A DNA stretch of 64,000 bases from Octopus sinensis (taxonomy: Eukaryota). This document shows positions 26,669 to 39,838 of the stretch, one piece after another. Within the stretch, counting starts at the first letter, position 1, and every line of letters begins with the position of its first letter. The stretch is taken from NCBI RefSeq assembly GCF_006345805.1, contig NC_042997.1, positions 41,850,001 through 41,914,000 of the forward strand, given 5' to 3'. A program made the position numbers and the translations under genes. The notes below the pieces were generated by a model. The model made no database searches. It had not been told where the DNA came from and was given only the letters and a program-made list of their open reading frames with translations.

Positions 26669-28315
26669 TGAATTCTTTCAATAATGTTTTGAAACTAACT
26701 GAATTTCTTGGGTTGAGCTTAGTCGTATCTAGTGCCCATTGTCATTGCAGGAACTCTGAGACTAGAGGTGAAAATGAAGAAAACATTTGATGGGTTGTGG
26801 CTAACCACTTCTTTGATTCCTGTAAATTACCCAGCAGAACAACACACAGAGCAGCCAGTTTCAGTTATATCTGGTAGCAAGAATCAACAGGAGAACTATT
26901 TCCATGTGTACTTTCTAACCAAAAACTGGCTCTATACTCAACAAAGTGCAGAAGACGAAGCACAGCAAAATATCAAGTTCCATTCAAACTGGAGACTTGG
27001 TCTGAATAATTACAACAGAATAGACTCTGCTGAAAGATACCCAAGGGCTGGGTGGTGGTGTTAAACAAATGAGGTCATTACTATTTTATTGTGGTATACT
27101 GTTGTTGTTGCTTTGTCCAAAGTTTTCCCTGATTTAGCAAACCTATGTTCAAAGGCATTCCACTCATGACCATCTTGTCTTTTTTACAGACAAAGAGTAC
27201 CCTGGACCACAATATCCAATATGTTCTCTTTAGGACAGTAGTGTGCGATTTCAAGATTAGGCTGCTGTTTCTAGCAGGCTAAATGACCCTATAGTAGAGC
27301 CCCTTTGATGGCTCATCATGATACAAGGTCTTTTACCATACTACAAGCATCATTCACACACTTACACACACACACACACAAACACACAATATAACAATGA
27401 ACTGAAGACAATAGATCGCTCGAAGTATTCATTAGAATTAAAAATGCATTTTGCAAACTGCGTGATGTAATTAATGCCAGAATTAGATCTAATAGTAATG
27501 TAGTTGTTAAGTTACAAAGAAAATAGAAAAAGTCCTGTTGTCAACAAAGGATTTCCCTCTTTGTGCACAAATGGAAAATGGTATAAAGTGTGTAGACATA
27601 GTGTCATGCTATATGGCAGTTAAAGCAAATGAACAGGACATATAATGTTTGAATGCCAAACATACACACACACACAAACAAACACACCATGTTTCGTTTC
27701 TCTTTATCCTCTATGGCCTCCTTCAATCAAGGAAGGTTGCCATCTATATATATTTGTGCAATACTGGGCAGAGGAAGAATGGTAGTTACCCATGCAACTG
27801 TAGCCTTTCCGCTACACTGATGTTTAACCCAAAAGAAAGACCATAAAAGCTGAATAGAAACCTATTGTATATGTGTGAGTATATGTGAAACTTTGTTTGT
27901 TCCTCATTACTTGACAACCATTGTTGGTTTGTTTATGTCCCAGTGAATTAGCTGTCTAGCAAAAAGAGATCAACAGAATAAGTGCCAAACTTAAAAATAA
28001 TGACTGAAAACAAAAAAAAAAGTGTTCTGTTGCAGTCATTCAGTGAATAGGTTGTGATTACAGAGGTGATAGATCTAAATCCATTGTCATCTGTCTAAGC
28101 ACCAAAACCCCTGGCCTTTCATTTGAATGCATTTGACAGAATACACTTTGTTATAAGCACTGAGTGTTATATCTAAATGTTCCACTCTCTATTACAATAA
28201 TCAATGAGTCATGGCTTCTTTCTATCTTTTTTACTCCCACTCAAAAGAGCTTGAGCTCCATTAAGGAAACAGTGGCCATAGGTGTTGTCCCTTGTTTGTT
28301 GACTAAGCTATTTAA

Positions 28316-28535
28316 TCCGTTAGCATTCAAATTACTCTGTCAAATGTAATGCCAATTTACTCACATTGTTTTCAATTATTCATGCATTATCCAATAGCTT
28401 TGAGATTTCAATGATGTAATTGCATATTTTTAGAATGACATTGTAGGCTAGATCTGAGAAGCTACATCTGGTGAGTTTGAACATAAAACAGGTCGGATAT
28501 TCAGGCCTGATATGGCCACTTTGAATGCTAAAGGG
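28316..28535. mobile_element. piggyBac-type MITE
   Basis: ttaa|tccgttagc ... gctaaaggg|ttaa. Confidence 0.8.
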
Positions 28536-28620
28536 TTAAAAATTTATTTGAAATATGTCAAAAACATAATCTAGAAAAGAGGATCTAAAGAGCTGGACAT
28601 TGCCCAATATCCTAGATTAA

Positions 28621-29003
28621 TCCTTTAACATGATGCCAGTGTTTTGTAACTGGCATGTAAAAAGCAACCACTACACACTTGGAGTGGCTGGCATTAGGAA
28701 GGGAATCCAGTCATAGAAACCATGCCAAATTAGATTGGAACCTGGTACAGCTTACCAGTTTCAGTCAAACCGTCTGACCCATTCCAGCATGGAAAATGGA
28801 TGTTAAATGATGGTGATGATGAATACTCTGTCAAACATAGTGCTTGTTTCCTCCAATTGGTTTGAATGAATCATGTCTAATCTTGTAGTAACAAGATTTC
28901 AATGATATGATTGTATATTTTTACTGTACGGTAGGTGTGAAAGACTGAATGTGGCCAGTGTGAACGTAAAACATGCGTAATATATGGGTCTGATGCTAAA
29001 GGG
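28621..29003. mobile_element. piggyBac-type MITE interrupted by a (GAT)n-tailed SINE
   Basis: ttaa|tcctttaacat, SINE insert at about 28633-28821, MITE resumes at aatactctgtcaaa and ends gctaaaggg|ttaa. Confidence 0.75.
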
Positions 29004-29316
29004 TTAATAAAAAACAGAAAGGAAAGACATCTTGGTCAGTGCAAATATAAACCATGTATCAAGAAATGGATCTCGTGTTGATGATGAGTCTTATCTTTTT
29101 GCAGTGTTGGTTTATTTACATCCCCATAACTTAGCAGTTCAACAAAAGAGATCAACAGAATAAGTACTAGGCTCAATTTGTTTGACTAAACCCTTCAAGG
29201 CAGGGCCCTAGCGTGGCTGCAGTCCAATGACTGAAACAAGTAAAAGATAAAAGGTAAAAGCTTGGACCGCATCAACGCTATGAGAACAAGAAGACCTGTA
29301 TCAAAGAAACTATTAA

Positions 29317-29524
29317 CCCTTTAGTACTTAAACCAGGCCATATGCAGCCCAAATATCTTATCTGCTTTGTGTTCAAACTGGCCCGATCTGGCCTCTCACA
29401 CTTCCTCTGCATTGCCATTCTTAAAATAAACAATCACATCATTTAAATCTCAAAGCTATATAAGACAGTGTAGTGAATAAATAAGCATTGCATTTGACAG
29501 AATAATCTGAATGTGAAGAAAGGG
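29317..29524. mobile_element. piggyBac-type MITE
   Basis: ttaa|ccctttag ... aggg|ttaa. Confidence 0.8.
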
Positions 29525-30379
29525 TTAAATGTGATTGAACCCAAGACCACATGTTTGTGAAGCCAACTTCTTATCCATTCAGCCACACCTGTGCCCAAAC
29601 CATATGTTAAAACACACACACACAAGCGAACAAAAGAAGGGAAACAAAAGAAAACAGATAGCTCATTAAGCAGCAGATGTACTTAATAAACTCTGCTGTA
29701 AGAAATGAGGTCAGTGGTCAATACTGTTACCAATGGCAAAATAGGTTGGTGGAGAGTGATGGGGTGGGAGAATTCCAGTGGATATTTCAGGTGGAGTCTG
29801 TTTTAGCATAAAACAACTACATGGTTTCTTACTTATGGCAGATAAGAAAAGAGTAAATGAGAAAAAAGGACTAAGGGGAAAAAATAACATTGGGAGGGGG
29901 TGGGGGTGAATCTACAATAAAAACTACAATGAAATTGAGTTCCATACTTAATTGCTTAATTGTTAAAGAAGAAAATCAAAGTTATTTAGTAATGTCTAGC
30001 AGAAACAGAGACCAATAGAATAAGCACCAGGCTTAAAAAATAAACACTGGGGTTGATTTGTTCAACTAAACACCTCAAGATGGTACCCCAGCATGGTCAC
30101 AATCCAATGACTGAAACAAGTAAAAGATATAAAAGATGTCTGCATAAAGTCAATAGATGAAGAGGATCAGTGGATGAATGGAGAAGCAGTGTTGAGGATT
30201 TAGTTGTTTCTCTACAAACTCAGTTTGAAGCAGACAGAGGTCAACTTTATTTTCCAACTTTTCACAAAGTCAATAAAGTCTGAACCAGATAAGTATTGAA
30301 GCCAGTGTAATTGACAATTCACCATCCTTAGATGTGAGGTTTTGTGCCCAACATCAGAATTGAATATACATACAAATGC

Positions 30380-30990
30380 ACATAACCTATATGTTGTGAC
30401 GCACATACAATACATTCAGTCATTTTAACACACAGACACATACATACCTATTAGTTGTGTGACATACTTATAAACCTATTAGTTTATGACATATATTCAC
30501 AAACAAAGACCTATAAGTTTTATATAAAACACACATTAGTTTTATAACACGCACTGATGCAAAAATAGACAATTTTATAATATGCATACACCCAAACACA
30601 CATCCTACTTATTAGTTTTATGTGACATGCACACTACAAAACCACAGAGTTGTTAGTTTTAAATCACACACACACACACACACCTACATGAAAGTTTTAT
30701 AACATAAGCAGAGAACAATAAGTTTGAACACAAACATACACACACACATACATACATACAGAACTGTAAGTTTTATGACATAACTAGATGCATACATACA
30801 CATTGCTATTAGCTTTATAAAACACCCTACACACTAGTGTTACAATACACCCTCAGCATTTGTCAACATATGGGTATGTCAGATATCATTTCATACACAC
30901 GTACACAACAGTTGCATAACCCACATATGTAGCCGAGTTGGTTATAAAACACACACGTAATACATACACATATTGGTTTTATAACTTGAC
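30380..30990. repeat. Degenerate minisatellite: (T)ATTAGTTTTATAAC-like motif with CA-rich spacers
   Basis: About a dozen motif variants at irregular spacing of roughly 25-75 bp. Confidence 0.7.
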
Positions 30991-31304
30991 ACAGCTGCAC
31001 CTGTTATATTGTTGTTCAATTGATTCACTTATTAGAATACTCACCATTCAAGTAAAGAAAACTGTGGTAGTGGTTGGACTGCCAGGCCACTGCTAGTCCA
31101 GCAAACCTCGTCAGCTGGTAAATAACCAACCATTTAGCATAAAGCTATTGATTTGTGTTATATGGTGATGCTAACATCATGGAAATGGTTTATATTACTA
31201 ACATCTGTAAGAGGAAACTTTCACCCATCACTCCAGTTTAATGTTTCACTTTGAATTCTCTCAAATATACAAACTGTGACATTTGTTGTATATGTATTTA
31301 CTTG

Positions 31305-31745
31305 TTTTAGTCATTAGACTGCTGCCATGCTGGGGCACTGCCTTGAAAAGCTTAGCTGAACAATTCAACATCAGTGTGTTTTGTTTGTTTGTTTGTTTGT
31401 TTTTTTCTTTTTGAAGTTGGGTACTTATTCAGTTGGTCTAATCTGCCAAAACCACTAAGTTATAGACATAAACAAACCAGCACCAGTTGTCAAGTAGTGG
31501 AGGGAACAAATATGAGCATACAAATACAGACACGCACACACACACACACATATATATATAGAGAGAGAGATAGATATAGATATACACACACAATGGGCTT
31601 TCACAGAGTTTCCATCAACCACATTCACTCACAAGGTATTGATTACCCCAGGATAGAAGACACTTGCCCAAGGTGCCATGCAGTGGGACTGAATCCAAAA
31701 CTATATAATCACAAAGTGAGCTTCTTAACGACACAGCCATGGTTG
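31305..31745 (-). mobile_element. SINE family A, older divergent copy
   Basis: Tail, microsatellite and head recognisable on the minus strand. Confidence 0.75.
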
Positions 31746-32869
31746 CTGTGCCCCAGCATGGCCACAGCCTTACGACTGAAACATGTAAAAGAATAAAAGA
31801 ATTAAATAAATGGATCTCAGTCAATTTCAATGATGAGTATTTCGGCTGTTCCGACAAATGACCTGTTTACTCTTGTATAAGTGGCTGAGTATCCCACAGA
31901 CATTTGTAACCTTAATATATGCCTCAGGCACAATTAGTGAGATAGTGTGTGACAAGATGGCCCCTTCAGTTCAACTACAGTTCATCTTGATGTGTGGCCT
32001 CCATACAGTTTTTATCTACCCAGCCTCCCCCACAAAGCTTGGGTTGACCCAAGGTTACAATAATAGACACTTAAAAATGACCTATAGTAGGATTGAACAA
32101 GGGACTTCCTGATTATGAAATAAACTTTTTATCCCCTGGCCATACTTTTATCTATAATACACACACATAAGTATTGGTGTAGGTATGGAAGAGTGATTAA
32201 GTTCTATTATATATATATGAGAAATAGTGAATAAGGAAATATTAGAGACAGTATTAAGAATGAATAATAGTAGAGACAAATTAAGTCAAGCGGAGAACCA
32301 AAACCAGATTACAGGTTCAGTTTGCAAATAGTTTCTGTCCACAGCGCTTTCTAAGAATGTAATAATAATGCAAAATTCTATTCTATTTAAAGAGTATGTT
32401 TTTAGCATTTTTCCTTACATATCAATACAGTCTTGACTTCTTGATATGCAAAACAATGAAAATAGTAATAGTTCATAAATTCTATTTTATTTTAACCCTT
32501 TTGTAATAGTGTTAGATTAATAAAATGTGATAGTCTTCTCTTTATTAACACTATATCACCTGTTTTAATAATTCTTAATACTTCAAGTATTATGCTCATC
32601 ATCATTTAATGTCTAACTTGTATATTGGCAAGGGTTGAACAGTTTGACGAAGTCTTACAAATTGAAGGATTGCATCATGCACCATTGTCTATTTTGGCAT
32701 GGTTTCTGTGCCTGGATACCTTTCCTAATGCTAATCACTTTACAGAATGTATTGTGTGTGTGGAGGAGGGCACTAGCAAAGCAAAGGGCTTAAAGTGGAT
32801 CTTATAACTGAAGGAGAACAAGAGAAAGTGATGATTGTAAATCTTATGTTAAGAAAATGACAATATTTT

Positions 32870-33050
32870 TTCTACTATAGGCACAAGGCTTGTAATTTTG
32901 GGGGAGAGGGCTAGTTGAATACTTTGACCCTAGTGTTCATCTGACCCTGAAAGGATGAAAGGTAAAGTCAACCTTAGCAGTATTTGAACTCAGAATGTCA
33001 ACCTCAGCAGCATTTTGATTGATATGCTAACGATTCTGCCAACTTGCTCT
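32870..33050 (-). mobile_element. SINE family B, decayed
   Basis: aaaggatgaaaggtaaagtcaacc ... atttgaactcagaa. Confidence 0.75.
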
Positions 33051-33373
33051 TTATGACAAAATTGGAAGTGAACAGGCTTTAAGAATTCTTTATGCTTACA
33101 CAACGGTACTGCATATGCCAGCAATCATCATTGTCATTGCAGAATAACTGATATTTCAATAATTTATTTATAAAAGTATGAAAATGTTTTTGTTACATTA
33201 AACCCTAACCCTTAAATAATCTGAATAAGACTACTGAATAATGTCTTTCTGCATATTGATAATTTTAGTGCTATAAGGATTAACAACCTAAGCGGGTGTG
33301 AAATAGTTTCAATGATGCATGAAAAGTGGGCCACAGATTCTGTTAAAGTAGAAATTATTGAGATATCCCAGGC

Positions 33374-33438
33374 ACTCACCTGGAAAAAAATAAATGATAA
33401 AATAAAAAAAGAAAAGTAAAAAGAAAAAAAAAATTAGT
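33374..33438 (-). other. Candidate recursive splice site (zero-length exon / ratchet point)
   Basis: Minus strand reads ACTAAT, then about 50 nt of AG-free T-rich tract, then TTTTTTTCCAG|GTGAGT. It lies on the strand of, and inside, the inferred long intron. Confidence 0.5.
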
Positions 33439-33674
33439 CCTGTTTCAGAGGGACATTTACCTTTTGTATCTCTTCCTCGCACTTGAATGCCAGGCTTAAG
33501 ATATATCCTCAATAACAGCAAAAGAGGAAATATTTGAACAGCTGATATCAAAAGACATTCCTCTATAATTTATATGCTGCTCTCTGATGTTGATATTTTT
33601 TTACATTTTTTAGGTTAATTTCTCAATAAGCATATCACCTCAGAGCAAAGTTGGGTGGATAACATTTTAGAGAT

Positions 33675-34080
33675 GTACAGGTGCAAGCATGGCTGTGTGG
33701 CAAGAAGCTTGATTCTCAACCACATGGTTCAACCCTACTGCATGGCACCTAGGGCAAATGTCTTGTATGATAGCCCCAGGCTGACCAAAGCATTGTGAGA
33801 AGATTTGGTAGGCGAAAACTGGAAGAAGCTTGTCATATATGTATAGGTATGTGTTTGTGTTACAGTCTCTTTGGCTTGACCATTGCATAGCAGTTGTAAG
33901 CTAGTGTCATCATGATGCAAACAACATCCTTTGTATCCAATCATCCATGTGTCTGGTTATGGGGAAATATTACTTTACTTGGAAACAGGAAAGGCATCTG
34001 ACCATAGAAAATCCACCTCAACAAATTCCATCTGACCCATGCAAGCATGGAGAAGCAGACATTAAAATAATGATGATGAC
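33675..34080 (+). mobile_element. SINE with A head and (GAT)n-type tail
   Basis: Same module order as 1-410. Confidence 0.7.
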
Positions 34081-34884
34081 AATTCTGTGAAACCCAAACA
34101 TTAAGCCAATCCCTTTATAAATCGCCAGAATTCATAAAGATGGTGTTTGTCTCTTATTTCCATAGCAATAAGCTGATAACCAAGAATAAGATGCTATCAT
34201 GTCCAGCAGAGTTAACTTTGCAGTTAGGCAAAACTGAACTCAGTACTGCAAGTTAATGAACCACTCACCAATACAAGCTAATTAACTCCTCATCAATGCA
34301 ACATTGCTGTGGCTAGTGCTGGTTGCAGCAGGGAATTACACCAACCACAGAACCTATTCACAGACTTTTGAGGCAATGAAGGTTACATGGTTGCTTCAAC
34401 CTATAAGAAGTAGCAGTTAATTATCTCACAGATCACATCCTGTATGTTTTCGGAAAGGACCCACTGGATGTCATAGTTTTAGATATGCAATATTCAAGAA
34501 AAGACAAAATGATCGCAGTCAGAACATCATTGATTACAGTTCTGCTGGATCAGGGCTGACTTGAGACTAAACAACAACCTAGTCACAATTAAATGTCATC
34601 ACCATGGATACAACACAGTGCCATTAATAGGATCTGAACTATTGAACTCTCAGCTGGTTGCTAAGTATCCTATTGACTTGTCCACCCTCATGTACATATG
34701 CTCCCATTTAGCTATCTTCCATAGGCGACCAGTAAATGACATACCTAGTACCAGCTTATTTACCAACAGCAGACTAAGTACAGTTATGCATATACTGACC
34801 TCACAATGACATGAGTGTGTTATAAGAATTTTGGATCTTTACTTCAAGAATCTGAATTTATTATTTTTTAATTTTTTTTTTTTT

Positions 34885-35200
34885 TTACTTGTTTCAGTCA
34901 TTGGACTGCGACCATGCTGGAGCACTGTTTTGAAGAGTTTTCATCAAACAATTGACCACAGTATTTTTTTTTTTTAATCTAGTACTTATTCTATCAGTCT
35001 CTATGATTAACTGCCAAGTAACAGGTTAGTAAACTAACCAACATTAACCATAAAGTGGTGATGGAAACAAACAAAAAAGATATATACACACACATATATG
35101 TATATAAGCTCTAGTTTCTATCTACCATAGTCAGTCACAAAGCGTTGGATCAGTTAGGGGCTACAATAGAAGACACAGGTGTTGTGCAGTGGGACAGAGT
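34885..35200 (-). mobile_element. SINE family A, older divergent copy
   Basis: Tail and part of the head recognisable. Confidence 0.7.
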
Positions 35201-35464
35201 AGCTGTATGGTTAAGAAGCTTGCAAAAGGGTGAGGAGTAAAATGTAGGCAAATAGTGACTTCTGCTAAGATAATATTAGCAGTGAACCATGGACATTAGT
35301 GTATATATGTGGAGAAAAGTATTTCCAGAATTAATTCAAATACATAAGTACTGTATTTCATGACAAATATGGTTTTGAAAAAGTTAACTTTTGTGTTATC
35401 AAACACTGAAGAATTTAATAAAATAACAATAATTTCCTATTATTGCCAGCTAATTTACATTTAA

Positions 35465-35626
35465 CCCTCTTATACCAGCAATATCCGGCCAAAATATTCT
35501 ACCGGTTTTATGTTATTCTCAAAGTTAATCGCATCAAAATCTCAAAGCTATGAGATATTGCAAGATAAATCCTAAACAATGTGAATAAAGTATTTCATTT
35601 GACAGAGTAATCTGAATGCTGAAGGG
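35465..35626. mobile_element. piggyBac-type MITE, internally deleted
   Basis: ttaa|ccctct ... gctgaaggg|ttaa. Confidence 0.75.
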
Positions 35627-36556
35627 TTAAAAAAGGAGTAATAAATAAATTATTACACTTGTGAGACAGGTATAATAAGCTAATCAAATAGACTTTTGGA
35701 ATAGTTATCACTACTTCATGGAGAAGAAGGGCAAGGAGTTGGGTGATTGTTTAATAAGTTAATTACTAATCTTTCTGTAAATAAAAAAATTGGCAGTTGG
35801 TAATAGGAAAATACCAAAATAATTGTTATTAATAATTTAGAACATAAATTTTGTATGAAATTTTGATGGACGGTTTTAATTTACCTTATTTTCTGGCAGA
35901 CAAGTCAATGTAGTACACAATGTAACCATGTAGTGTAAACATTCAAACATTGTCCCTATCTTCCCAAATCCTACTGCATTTCACATAGAAGTTTTTGGTT
36001 TTCCAAAGTTGTGTTGATTTGTAAGTCAATCTACCATTTTTGGCAGTAAATTTTTGTCTGAAAAATTTAACTTGTGTGCTAGAAAATATGGTAGATCCCT
36101 TTAAAACAGGAAGTTTGTATTATAGAACCAGGGGCAGCCTCAGGCAAGTTTGTATCAAAAGGGTCAAATCACAATTGAATCTACTGAAACAATCTCTCTT
36201 ACTCATACTTGAAACAACAGATACATACCCAGAGGCAGATATGTGAACTACTGTGCAACAGGGTGTTATCTTAGTAGGACAGCTTAACAGACAGATTAAT
36301 TCATAAATAATTCTTTAACAAATTTAATCATGAACATTTTTAAGGATTGGTATCAAATTTTCAAAAGGACTGCGAAAATATGACATAATATATAATGAAA
36401 CAAGTTGAGTGTGAATTAAAATGGGAGTAAGAGAGAGATGTGTGTATATGCTCACACATCCAAATGTATATATATGTGCATGTGTATAAATATATATATA
36501 TATATACACACACAAACTTAAGCATATATATATATCTACACATACACTCACTAATG

Positions 36557-36595
<39 letters not shown>

Positions 36596-36984
36596 GCACA
36601 CACACTTTATATATATATATTGTAAATAATTTTATATAGAACTACAAAAATGAGAATAATTATGGAATGTTCTGATGGAGTCATGGGGTGCTGTCTGTGA
36701 AATATGATGTGTCTGGGAATTTTAAATCTAACTAAACCTGTCACTCTCCAAATCTGACCATAGCTGATTTTTCTCAGAGAGAAAAAGAGAATGTATAGAA
36801 TGTAGAAAAGAAAGAGAAAAGGAGAAGAAATGGTACTTTACCAACTCCAAAAAGATAAAAGGCAAACTTAACCTTGCGAAGATTTAAACTAACAACTCTG
36901 CCAACCTGCTGCCTGTACACATGTATGTATATACACATGTATAAATACAGACACACAAATCTATGTACAAATCCACATGCATAA

Positions 36985-37405
36985 TTCTTAAGAGGTTTGC
37001 TTTCCACCCTACCACATGGTTTCAGATTCAGTCCCATTGCATGGCCCTTGGTCAAGCTCTGAGTCAACCAAAAACCTTGAGTGGATTTGGTAAATGGAAA
37101 CTGAAAGGAACTTGTCATATATAAATGTATGAGTGTGCATGTATACATGTTACTGTCTCTTTGCCCTGACTTCTTGATGTCATGATAGCTGTAAACAAGT
37201 GTGATCATCATGCAAGCAGTGTCCGTCATTTACAATCTTCCTTGAAAACATATCTGGATAAGGGGAAATGTTGCCTTACTTGGAAACAGGTGAGGGTTTG
37301 TGATAGGAATGGCATTCAACCATACAAAATCTGCCTCAACAGAATTCCATCCAACTCATGCTAGCATGGAAAACTAGATGTTAAACTGATCGTCATCATC
37401 ATCAT
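36985..37405 (+). mobile_element. SINE with A head and (GAT)n-type tail
   Basis: Same module order as 1-410. Confidence 0.7.
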
Positions 37406-37458
37406 GATCATCATTAATTTTAATGTCTGTTGTCCATACTGGCAAGGGTTGGATGGTT

Positions 37459-37490
<32 letters not shown>

Positions 37491-37516
37491 AGTTTATATA
37501 ATTGCGCATAGAGGAA

Positions 37517-37757
37517 TACATTAATCAATGAAATTCCAAATTAGTCTGATTTTCACATTTTATTATTTACCATTTTCACAATTTTACAATATGGAAATAA
37601 ACTAGTACCTTCATGTGGACAGTTGCCAATGGTGGGACACAGCTCTCACTACATAAACCTCATGATTGCGTAAGGCATGAAAGTACTAATTTATTTCAAT
37701 ATTGTAAAAAAATTGTAAATAATAAAATGTGAAAATCAGACTAAATTGGAACTTCAT

Positions 37758-37768
<11 letters not shown>
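37517..37768. mobile_element. Foldback MITE with about 100-bp imperfect inverted arms
   Basis: aatgaaattccaaattagtctgattttcacattttattatttac... mirrored by ...gtaaataataaaatgtgaaaatcagactaaattggaacttcatt. Confidence 0.75.
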
Positions 37769-37788
<20 letters not shown>

Positions 37789-37790
<2 letters not shown>

Positions 37791-38939
37791 GGGGGTGGAC
37801 AAAATAATGGAAACACCTAGCATCATAGCATTATAATTTTGAAATATCTATAAAACCATGAAAAGTTTGTTTATTTTTATGTTTTGAATTTATTATTAGT
37901 GTTGCTTAATATGTTTTGCTAAAATTGCCGTTTCCTTTGAGATATCAGAAAAAGGTAATTAAAATTCATTAAAATGACAGATTTATCGGACTTTCATAGA
38001 GGTCAAATTGTTGGTGCTCTTATGCCAACAATTTGATGTTAGGGACTGTCAGACTCTTATGCGAATTGTTAGAAAGGATCACAAAATTACATCCAGCTCC
38101 AAAATTACTGCAGAGCTTAATGACCACCTCGAGAACCCAGTTTCCACAAAAACTGTTCGCTGGGAGCTGCATAAAGCCAGATTTTACAGGAGGGCTGCAA
38201 TTAGAAAACCACCACTTTCAAAAAAAAAAACCATTGCAAAGCGTTTAGAGTGGAGTAAAAACCTACAGAATTGGTCCCTAGAGCAGTGGAAGAATCTTAT
38301 TTTCTCGGATAAGTCATCCTTTACCTTATTTCCAACCGCCAGTTGAGCATACGTGTGGAGACAGCCAAAAGAAGCATTTGACCCAGACTGCCTTCTTACA
38401 ACTGTTAAACATGGAGGAAGATCTGTGATGATCTGGGGGTCTTATATCTTGGAAATCTGCCAGCCCAATGGTTTCCCTTCATGGCAGAATTAATAGTCAA
38501 GACTATTTAAACATTTTATCTGACCAAATTCATCCTATGGTTATGGAACTGTTTCCAGAGGGAAATGCAATCTTTCAAGATGACAATGCACCAATTCACA
38601 CAGCTGAAGTTGTTACAGAATGGTACGAGGAACATTCTAGTGAAGTTGAACATCTTATCTGGCCACCACAGTCCCCAGATCTCAATATTATTGAACATTT
38701 ATGGTGCATTTTAGAAAAACAAAGAAGGAGTCAATATCCTCCGCCATCATCACTACAAGAACTAGAGACCATTTTAGCTAAAGAATGGACAAAAATTCCT
38801 ATGGAAACAATTCAAACTTTGTCCGAGTCCATACCTTGTAGAATTTAAACTGTAATTACTGCCAAAGGTGATACTACCCTATATTAAAATAAATTTGCTT
38901 GAAATTTTAAGGCGTTTTCATTATTTTGTCCAACCCCTG
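37789..38939 (+). mobile_element. Tc1-family DNA transposon, both TIRs present, defective
   Basis: Terminal inverted repeats (t)agggggtggacaaaataatggaaacacc and ggcgttttcattattttgtccaacccctg, flanked by TA in a (TA)n context. Confidence 0.95.
37974..38887 (+). pseudogene. Tc1 DD34E transposase, disrupted
   Basis: MTDLSDFHRGQIVGA start, a deletion in the DNA-binding region, then FSDKSSF, FQDDNAPIH and SPDLNIIEHLW, split by frameshifts and stops. Confidence 0.92.
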
Positions 38940-39584
38940 TATATATATCTTCACATACTCAAACACGTATATATGCAGAGATATGGTCCTGTTGGGCTCA
39001 TTAGTTCCTGTCACAACATCTAACCCATGCCAGCATTGAACATGGACATTAAATGATGTTGATTGAATATGATCCAAAGTAGATTTGGCTGTTATTTCTA
39101 GATGATCTCAGGACCACATAGAAGCTCCCTTGTTGGCTCGTTACACTAGGCTAGATCAGTTAGGAGGCAGATGTTGCTTGTATTCATTTCCTGCAACATG
39201 AATACAGGCTATGTTGTGTTACAGCAATAATTCATTGCCTGACCACATTACCAATGTTGCACCAAAATCCTTTTATTTATTTAATTATTTGCTTAAAAAC
39301 ATTTTTATTTATGTTTGTGATTAGCAGCATGAAAGTCTAACATCTTAAGGATGGGGGCTGAGGCTTCCATCACAATCACACACCGACCCTCTTCCATATA
39401 CATGCAAAAAACCTGTCATATTTGTGTGTGCATTTTATAAATAAATGAATAAATATATATATATATATATATATATACATGTGTGTGGGTATATATGTGT
39501 GTATATATACCGAATAATTGTCACATATTATATTACAGATATGTGTATATGTGTATATGCATATAAGTATATGTATATATGTTT

Positions 39585-39718
39585 AGGAAGGGTATCCAGC
39601 TGTAGAAACATTGCCAGATCAGACTGGAGCCTGGTGCAGCCTTCTGGCTTCCCAGACCCCAGTCGAACCGTCCAACCCATGCTAGCATGGAAAGCAGACA
39701 CTAAATGATGATGATGAT
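39585..39718 (+). mobile_element. SINE family C, 3' part
   Basis: Near-identical to the 3' half of 7165-7432. Confidence 0.85.
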
Positions 39719-39801
39719 ATATGTATGTGTGTGTGTGTATATATATGAATGTATGTTTGTGTGTATACATATACATATGTATATCTGTGTGCATACGTAT
39801 G

Positions 39802-39838
<37 letters not shown>

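Noticed and set aside
30380-30990. CRISPR-like repeat-spacer array
   Set aside because: Repeats are degenerate, spacers are low-complexity CA tracts of uneven length, the context is eukaryotic and there are no cas genes.
33200-33215. Interstitial telomeric repeat (ccctaaccct)
   Set aside because: Fewer than two full units; expected by chance.
38008-38848. Active Tc1 transposase
   Set aside because: The frame is broken into several pieces and part of the DNA-binding domain is deleted.
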